Origin: Balanoglossus misakiensis
Taxonomy: Eukaryota > Animalia > Hemichordata
Direction: 5' to 3'
Assembly: GCA_040954595.2 (NCBI GenBank)
Contig: CM082580.2
Location: forward strand, 3,152,783 to 3,216,782
DNA: 64,000 nt
The position numbers and the translations under genes are program-made. The notes beneath the pieces were generated by a model that had not been told where the DNA came from, did not search any database, and saw only the letters and a program-made list of their open reading frames with translations. Shown here in pieces: positions 54,201 to 63,200 of the stretch; within the stretch, counting starts at the first letter, position 1; each line of letters begins with the position of its first letter.

Positions 54201-57200
54201 TAATTTTTGCCAAATAATTCATATAAGTGTCATAATTTTCTCCAGAACAGGTCGGGAGGTACGCACATAAAATAAAAAGTTTTCCAGAAGATGTGACAAT
54301 ATCAGCACCTAAAAGTCTTGTATCATCTAAATATTTTATTGAAAAGTTTTGTCCCAAGGATTTACGCCACATGATTGCAACTCCACCAAATGGACGCCCG
54401 ATGCGAATTCCACAGTCATCTTGAATGGCAGAAATACCACATGCATTAAAGTCTTTGTGAATACTCGACAGAAGAGGTAGTTCCGCTTCCGTCAGCCAGT
54501 GTTCTTGAACGAGTATAACATCATGATCGTTACAGAGAGACATAATAGAGTCTACTGATGACTTTATGCCACGACAGTTATATGTAGAAAGACGTAGTGT
54601 CATACAATAAATTAATAGTAACGGCGGATAAGAATACCATCAGGCCACATCGCAGGGTCACGAATTTTCTCGGCGAACTCACGTGTCGTTTCAACCACAA
54701 ATGATGAATAAGTATCATATTTGGTTTTCAGTTGTTCGCATTTAACGGTAACATGACTGCGTTTTTTAATGTAAGAAATAACAGCATCTGAAGTCGTTGT
54801 GGGTGCAAATCTAGTGACAAAAAATTTAAAAGGCGGATTAGGGCGAACAGATTTGATAGCAGAATCATCACTGAGTTTTGCTGTGCCAAAAACTGCCTGA
54901 GGACGACGTTTAGGTCGGCGAGACACCACAGTAAACTCTTCTTCTCCATTCCCCGACTGGATTTCAGATACCTTTGTCGATGGACGGTCCGACTGAACTG
55001 GACGCTTGGCTTTCACCGCTGATACACGTGATTGAACTATGTCTGCATACGAGCTCGTATGAGGGTCTTTGTTCAGAGAACAATGGGGATCCAGTGGCTC
55101 ACAAACAGCTGGTCTTGGCGGCTCACATTGTGCCACCTGTGAAACCACGTCGCTTTCAACACCTCCTTTCTGCAAATTATCGACGCAATTTTTCACTTCA
55201 CAAATTTCTTGCCGCAACAAACTGAGTTCACTTGCAAAATCGGTCACCTCGGACCGCACCACAGTGTCTTTCATTTGTGCCATTTCTCGCCTTAGTGACT
55301 TCAGTTCTGTCATCAATGTGGAGACGTCGATGTGAGACGTATCAATTGGCGGGAGTTTTGCCAAATCTTTAGCAACGAAGCATGGCAGGTCTTCAATGTC
55401 AACTTCGTGGAGCAATTTCACCATATCCATCAAATTGTTGAATCGTTTATTCTGCCCCTGACGTTTTATCATCCTCCCAGGGTCATTGCAACATAGTTCA
55501 AAAAGAGTACGGTGTATATGGTTTATGTTTTGTTTTTTGTTGTTGTAAAGACTATGCTGACTCACTGGACAAAGAAGATCATTGTTGAAGAAGGACACAC
55601 TGTGGCACAGTTGGTTCATATGTTGTAAGTTACAGCATTGATGCTCTTGTTTGTCTGCTTTTGCTGACTGCATAAATTTGGCAACTGACTTGAGTGAAAG
55701 GTTCTTTTTCTAGAGTTGTAAAATGGTTGTAAAGTGGACATTGAATCCGTTCTGCCCAATTCTCCCTATTTCATACACAGTGTATGGGTCTAAGCACTGC
55801 ACCACAATGAAAACAGTTGGCTTGAACATACTGTAAAACGGGTTATTTTTGCGATATCAAAAGAGGCAACTGTTACGCGAGTATTAATTTTCGCGTTTTT
55901 GTATTTCACTGCATTGTTATCTCCGAAACACATTTTTACGCAACTTTTTATTTTCACGTCGTTTAGGCTCTCGCATATTTCTCGAAAATGTATTGCTCGC
56001 TAAAATAACCCGTTTTACAGTATTTCACAAATTTGCCAAGCATTTTTCTACAGATCATTGTGTTTGTCAATTTTCAGGACACTTCTCGTCCGTCATTACA
56101 AAGTGTACTTTCCTGTGAGGCAGCATCTGATTCAGAATATGGTGAATTCAGTTCACAGATTAGGATTCACTACCAATGTAAGTACAGTCAGCATTCTCCT
56201 TCAATTAGCTCTCAGATACATTCAACATCTATTGTCACTTACACAGCATACGAAATGTGTTCTTTTCTTGGCTACTGCTTGCCATGCAAAAATGTGTAAA
56301 TAGAAGCTGAATTCATTAAAGGGACAAAGTCTCTCTCTCGCTGCCCTTTTTCCATTAATTATGTTTTATACAAGACACCGTTCATGTTATTCTACATGTG
56401 GATATATAGAGAATCAATGTTTGACCACACACAACTTCCATCCCGTTTGTAGGATATGAGAGTAAAAGTGCGGGACTTTGAATGAATAAATGGTAAACAC
56501 CGATTATTCATTTTGGCGAGTTTTTCACTCTTGTGTCTACAATTGGGATGGAAGCTGTGCGTGGTCTAACGTTGATTCACTATATGTCCACGTGTACATT
56601 GACGTAAACGACGTCATGTATTAAACATAAGTTATGGAAAAAGGGCAGCGAGAGAGAGACTTTGTCCCTTTAAGGGTATGCAGTCACCTCCAATTTATAT
56701 ACGCCCATATATGGCTGAAATGGCGTATTCGAGGGTTCTAAAGAACATATGGTGGCTCTCTTTTTTTTGCATGTGCCACCCACTGAAAATCTGTGATTGG
56801 CTAGATCGCATTTTGCCATGGTGACTGTAGCTAAATAGGTGACCGTATAATCAAGCAATAACTGATAACATGTTGAGCAATTAGCTAATATCTGATCCCT
56901 GTGGCAGTGGTTTGCCCTATTCCTCTTATTCCCGGACAAAACCTTTCCAACTCTTGTTTGACACAATGTATCTTCTTCATTGATTCTTTTGAGCTGAACC
57001 CTGCATTAGCCTGTATTTTGTTGTTTTTCAAGGCTACCATTGAACACCGCAAACTGGCTGTGGATCTGGCAGAAGTCATCATCAAATGGGAATTACAGAG
57101 AATCAAAGAAGATCAAGACCTCAGCGAGCCCGTCATGGAAGCTGTACCATCACTCACATCAGGGTTAGCCATGAAAAGAGCGGCATCATCTCCTGCTGAA

Positions 57201-60200
57201 GGTCAACCTGACCTCAAACGAGTCCGGCATGCATCATCTAGTGTAAGTTGGATGTATTCTATAGACTGTAGGTTTGTGAGAGGACATGAATGGGTGGGAT
57301 ATCATTTGAGATTCTCCGAGACCAAGATCTGATGCTCTGCTCACTTACGTCTCTTGTGCATGTCTATTTACGCTGGGATCCACAAAACTGACATTGTTAA
57401 GGATGTACGCGTAGAACATAAACCAGAAAACTCATCTTTTTCCCATAGGATTACATTCATACTTCTACTTTTACACATAGCTCAGTCAAGTAAAAATACA
57501 TTCATTGGTTAAATAAAATCGTATGGTCACCACGCTTCTATTTTGAGATAAATTTTGTTAAATATTTTGCCCATAAACCATTGGTGAAAATGCTGAGTCA
57601 GCAGTGTTCTTCTATTATCGACTAAATTCATGGCTCTGTATTTCAAAAACAAACGCGGTGACCCCTATATTTTATCACATATTTTCATTATACATACACA
57701 GGATAATCCAAAAAATCAACAATTAAAAGAAATGACAATACTTTCTATTTTACTGAACGTATATCCTTAATGTCTTGATCTGTAGGGATCTCGCAGCCTT
57801 TCTTCAGACCACAATAAACCCATAGACAAGCCGTATGCAGATTCTGTTGTCAACTTCTTGCTACGGATAGCATGTCAAGTCAATGAGGCAGCTACAACCA
57901 TTGGATCTCCTGGGGAAATGCTCTCCAGACGATGTGTTCAGCTGCTGAAGATGGCGGTGCGACCTGAGGTCTTCCCTCATGCCGATCTCAAGTTAGCTTG
58001 GTTTGATAAACTCTTCATGACATTGGTAAGATGATGGAGTCAGTTGATATTGATAACGCCTACATTTTAATCTTCAAGGGAAGTGGTCGTCGCGCCGCGT
58101 GGGTGTCCCCCCTTGATGAGAATATGACCTCCCATACCAGCACATACTGCAGTCGCCATGACGTACTAGGATCTTCAGTTGGTGTCATGCCCAGTCTACG
58201 CTACGGTTGGCTGCTTCGTTCATTCTAAGAATTATCTAATTTCGGGAATGTGTGGATGAATTGTAATGTTTAAATAAACAAACAAACTTGGCGCAACGAC
58301 CCCTTCACTTTAACTTGAGAACTATGATGTGCTGGTTTATTTGGTGCCATAGATCACAAGTTCAAATTGTACTCATTACTTCTACAAGATTTGATTTGCA
58401 TAAATGAACTCCCAGCTGATTCATTGGATATAATAATCACATGGTATAAACTGTATCAGTTTGCACAAATAGAGTCTTAACAACCTGCACATGAAAATTT
58501 TGATTGTGCTTGTGCTTTGCCAAAGGCAAGTTATACTTCTCTCTCAAACATGATGGTTGGTCACAGTTCAGACCTTTGCTGGAGCAGTCGATTGGTATTC
58601 ACCAGTATTCAAAATGGCTGTCAGCAAGTTTTGTGATACTGACTTTCATTTTCTAATCTGAGCATCTGCAGGATCCACCGGCTCAAGCGAATTATGCAAA
58701 TATCTGTGTTGGTTTGGAAGTTCTTACATTCCTCTTGGGTGTGCTGGTAAGTAATACAGTTATTGAAAGCATAGAGTAATTTTGTGAGACAGAGATTCAG
58801 TGTCTGCACTTTGCCTTTCAGACAGTGTCACAGGAGAGTAAAAGCCCCTATAGCTGCCAAATTTCACACATTTTGTTCCACAGTAAAATATTTCAAATAT
58901 ATTCCCTATCCTCTAAAATCCTCACCATTAAGCCATATTACTTGCATTTGCACCAGTTTGTTATCTCTTGGCGACGCATACCACGATAGGTGCGTACTGT
59001 TTGTATGGAGGCTGATTAAATCAGTGCAGCACCGTTTTAATACATAGCGTGTTCAAATCGCTACATACAGGCACAATCGGGCATCGATAAGGTGTTCATG
59101 TATACCTATCAGTAAGCTTATTTAGAAGGACCAATTTCAGTTGGAAAATAAAATCATGAATCAAAATAATGCAAAAAGTGGCAGCTCTAGAGGCTTAAAG
59201 TGATCGCTAAATACTATGTCCTGAAGTCATTATCAGATGAGATGAACATTTTCCATCCAACTCTGTTCAACCGTTTACTATGTGCACAATGAATTCAGTT
59301 TCTGTATAATGTCTATCACCATTAGTAAAGCACTGTGTGGTCTTGTGCATTTTGTATGAGCAATGTGGATTATACTTTTGTGAGTTTATTGGAGTAACCA
59401 TGGTTTTATTGTAATACAATGTATTAAAAATCCAGTATTCAGTCGAAGCCAAACACTACATTCAGTACCCTGTGAATACTTGTACATGTACTAACATTGT
59501 CAGTGGGTTCGCCTAGATCGTTTGTGTTTTGTACAACTTATTTGAATTTCCATTTTTGCCGTCATTGCAGAACAAGCAGCAGATCTTGACAAGTTTTAAG
59601 CCATTACAACGCGGGATAGCAGCTTGCATGACATGTTCCAACTCCAAAGTTATCAGAGCAGTCCATACATTACTTACAAAACTCATGAATATCTTCCCAA
59701 CAGAATCCAGTAAGTTAATCACAATTTATAGTCTTAAGTTCTACATTCAGCATACTGTTAAGTCAGCGAGACATTTCTTTCCGGTTTTAGTCACTTGGAG
59801 GTCACTGAAAATTCAATCATGATATTTGTCTCTTAATTTATAGTTGGTAATGTTGCCTCCAAATACGAAGAACTGGAATGTCTGTATGCCAGTGTTGGAA
59901 AGGTCATTTATGAAGGACTTACAAACTATGAAAAGTAAGTACTACATTAAAGGCACGTAAGCTGTAACTGGATAAAAAATTAAAGTTTTAAATAATCTCA
60001 TATATGCTTTTTATTATGTCTATTAAATGCTATTTCATGATAATATATCAAGCTCAACACTTATTTATGACAAAATGGCCAAAAATTAAAGAAAAACGAA
60101 AATTCCTGCAATTTTTAAAAAAGTGCAATATTGCAATGAAAAATGAAAATCTGATGTCTCAGTGGTGTACATTTACTTCCATGAGCTCAAGTGGATGAGA

Positions 60201-63200
60201 TCAAGTTTTGTTTATGAAGTTTCATAACCGGAAATGCAACATTTTCATTGTTTCTTGCATTTTCCCACGGTGGCGGCCATAATCGCTTGCGGCAAAGCTT
60301 TATTATTTATCTGGTTAGAACTTGCATATGCACGCATATTTAGGGTTTATAATGCTTGTGTATAGTTCACTGCCTTCATCTGCATGGACTAATGGTAGTG
60401 CAGTTTGAAACAAAAATTATGAAAATTATCCCAAAAGTTACAGCTTACGTGCCTTTAATTTCCTGTCTTCTAACTCTGTGAGGAAATGTATTTTTTTTTT
60501 TTAATTTTTAAAGCTCGTTATAGGCTCAAAAGTTTTCAAAAGATTAAGTTCATTTCACTATATGCAGTTATTTCAATGTAGTGTTAAAAACGGGTTATTT
60601 TCGCGACAGGAAATTTTTCGCGATTTCAAAAGAGGCAACGGTTACATGAGGATTAATTTTCGCGTTCTCGTATATCACTAACTGCATCGTCATCTCTGAA
60701 AAACATTTTACGCGACTTTTTAAAGCGTTTTTTTGGCTCTCGCATATTTCACGAAAATTTATTGCTCGCGAAAAATAAAATAAACAAATTGCTGGGTACC
60801 ATAAGTTTTAGAAATTGTCGATTTGATAAACAGCTGATCAAACACATTTGCTTTACATATTTCAGATCTGCCAGTGGCAATCCCTCCAGTCTGTTTGGTA
60901 CACTAATGATCCTCAAGTCAGCGTGTATGTCCAATCCATGCTACATTGACCGACTCATATCTGTCTTCATGAGATCCTTGCAGAAGATGACACGGGAACA
61001 TCTGACGCCAACCACAACTGGGGATTCTACTCCAGGTAGTTGTGTTCATACAGATTATTCTTTACTATCAATCACGTGGTCTGGCCATGTGACCCATGGT
61101 GTTGTCATTTCCAGGTGACGGGCAAGCGATTTTCTGGCTGAGTTTATATATCAGAACCACCAGACACGTTACATGTATCAAGTATGGTGCCTCATCAGCC
61201 TCATGGTGTTTCGTCTACACAGTCTTTGTCTGCACTACGTTGCTGAAGTTGCCCGTCATCTGGAAATTTGAATGCGAACGTAACTGCGCCTGAGCACGTC
61301 TGACGTCGTGTGATATCGAAGATTCTGCTTTCAGGTCTTTGCACAATTACAATGTTAGAAAATGTGCAAATGCTGAATATATCTTATAAAATGTTGCCAG
61401 TAATTCTTTGAATGGTTTGAAACAAATTACAGAATACCCGTCCAGTAGATTAATACCGCAATATTATCTGTGATTCCTACTTTTCACATTTTGTGATTGT
61501 TAGAGAATAAAAGTGGAAATAAACTGTGGGAAAAACCAGCCAGAGAAAATCTGCATGGAAGTCTAGAAAATGAAGTTTACTTGATGGGTTGTCCCAGAGA
61601 ATTGATTCAACAAATACTTTGATAAAATGTGAATGATAATGAAAACGTGTGAAAGCAATTTCTGCTCAGTAAGCACGTCACCTGATTTTATAATACCATG
61701 AAAATCACTTCAATGGGGGTCCTTGAATTTTGATTGACATGGATCACAGAAAGTCTTAATGTGTGTTCTAGCTGTATTTACCAAGGGATCCAATAAAATC
61801 ACTGATGAACATTATCTTGTGAAATTTCTTGACAGTAACCAGTGATCTGTTGATTGTGAGCTTGGATTTAGTGAAAAACAGAGTGGGAGTCATGAGTACT
61901 GAAATGAGACGGAATTTCATCCAACTGATACTAATTCTACTGATTGAGAAATCACCAGAGGCCAAAGTTCTGAAAGCCATCACCAAGACTGTGGAAGACT
62001 GGATCAAAAACAAGGTAAGGCACCAGTGAGCAAATTTATATACGAAACATGCAGATAGTGTAATATAAACACACCTCACCTGCAATTTGTGTTGTGATTT
62101 GCCAATGTGCAATCACGTGGGGTGTTGATTGTGGTTATAAAATGAAATAGAAAACAGAAAGATAGTAAAAGCAGCCAAACAACATAAATGATGTAGTTAA
62201 GTTATACACTTGCACTAACAAATTGAGCTGATTTGGGTGTTTTTTCATGTCATCTTTTATTAGAGTCCCATTGCTATCAACCAGTCTCCATCACTCCGGG
62301 AAAAGTCTATCTTGTTGGTCAAGATGATGCAGTATGTTGAGAAAAGGTTTCCTGATGACTTGGAACTCAATGCACAATTCCTAGAACTTGTCAATTATGT
62401 TTACAGGTAAGTTAGTAATACTAGTCATGTGTGAGTCGATAATACATTGTGTCAAACGTGTATCTAATATATGCTGTAAAACACTTTATTTTCGCGAGTT
62501 GAAATTTTTAGCGATATTGAGAGAGGCCACTGTTTTGCGAGAAGTAATTTTCGTGTTCTCTTATTTCATTTACTCCATTGTTATCTCTTTAAAAAAAATT
62601 ATGCGACTTTTTATTTTCACGTTATTTTGGCTCTTGCGCATTTTGCGAAAATGTATTGATCGCGAAAATAACATGTTTTACAGTATATATATATATATAT
62701 ACAAGTTAACACCGGGGTTCATAATCCACGCTGTAGTACTCTTTATGTTTGTAAGAAAATAATGTACTTTATGCAGGCTAGGATAACTTGTCTCTTAAGT
62801 ATTCCTTGTTTTGTATAAACTCACCCGATGAAATCTTTCATGCATTTTACTACTGCCTATCCAGCAGCAAGTTTTCATCTGATGAGTAAGTTCATTGTGT
62901 ACTGTATTGAATTGAATAATGGAGAGAAGATGTGTAGGTTATATTTCATCTGTTTCGTTGTCAGGGATGAAAGCTTGACAGGCACAGAACTAACAGCGAA
63001 GCTGGAGCCAGCTTTCCTTGCAGGACTTCGATGTAATCAACCACATATACGGGAGAAATTCTTTGAGGTGAGTGACTTCCCCCCCCCTCCTTTCTTAATA
63101 ATAACATAAATGGTGTCTTGTATCAAACATAATTAATGAAAAAGGGGCAGCGAGAGAGACTTTGTCCCTTTAAAACAAGAAGAGAAGTTATCTCAATTAA

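Larger units (their letters stand above)
51650..55510 (-). mobile_element. Non-LTR retrotransposon (APE-type LINE), 5'-truncated within ORF1, antisense in TRRAP intron 42
   Basis: ORF1 remnant plus intact ORF2, short 3' UTR and an A-rich (AATAA)n-like tail (plus strand ttttattttattttttatttatt near 51660-51685); no TSD seen; both boundaries approximate. Confidence 0.93.

Noticed and set aside
55511-55673. N-terminal part of the 353-aa ORF as genuine LINE ORF1
   Set aside because: It is the antisense of TRRAP exon 43 and flanking intron; LINE-like sequence starts only near 55510.
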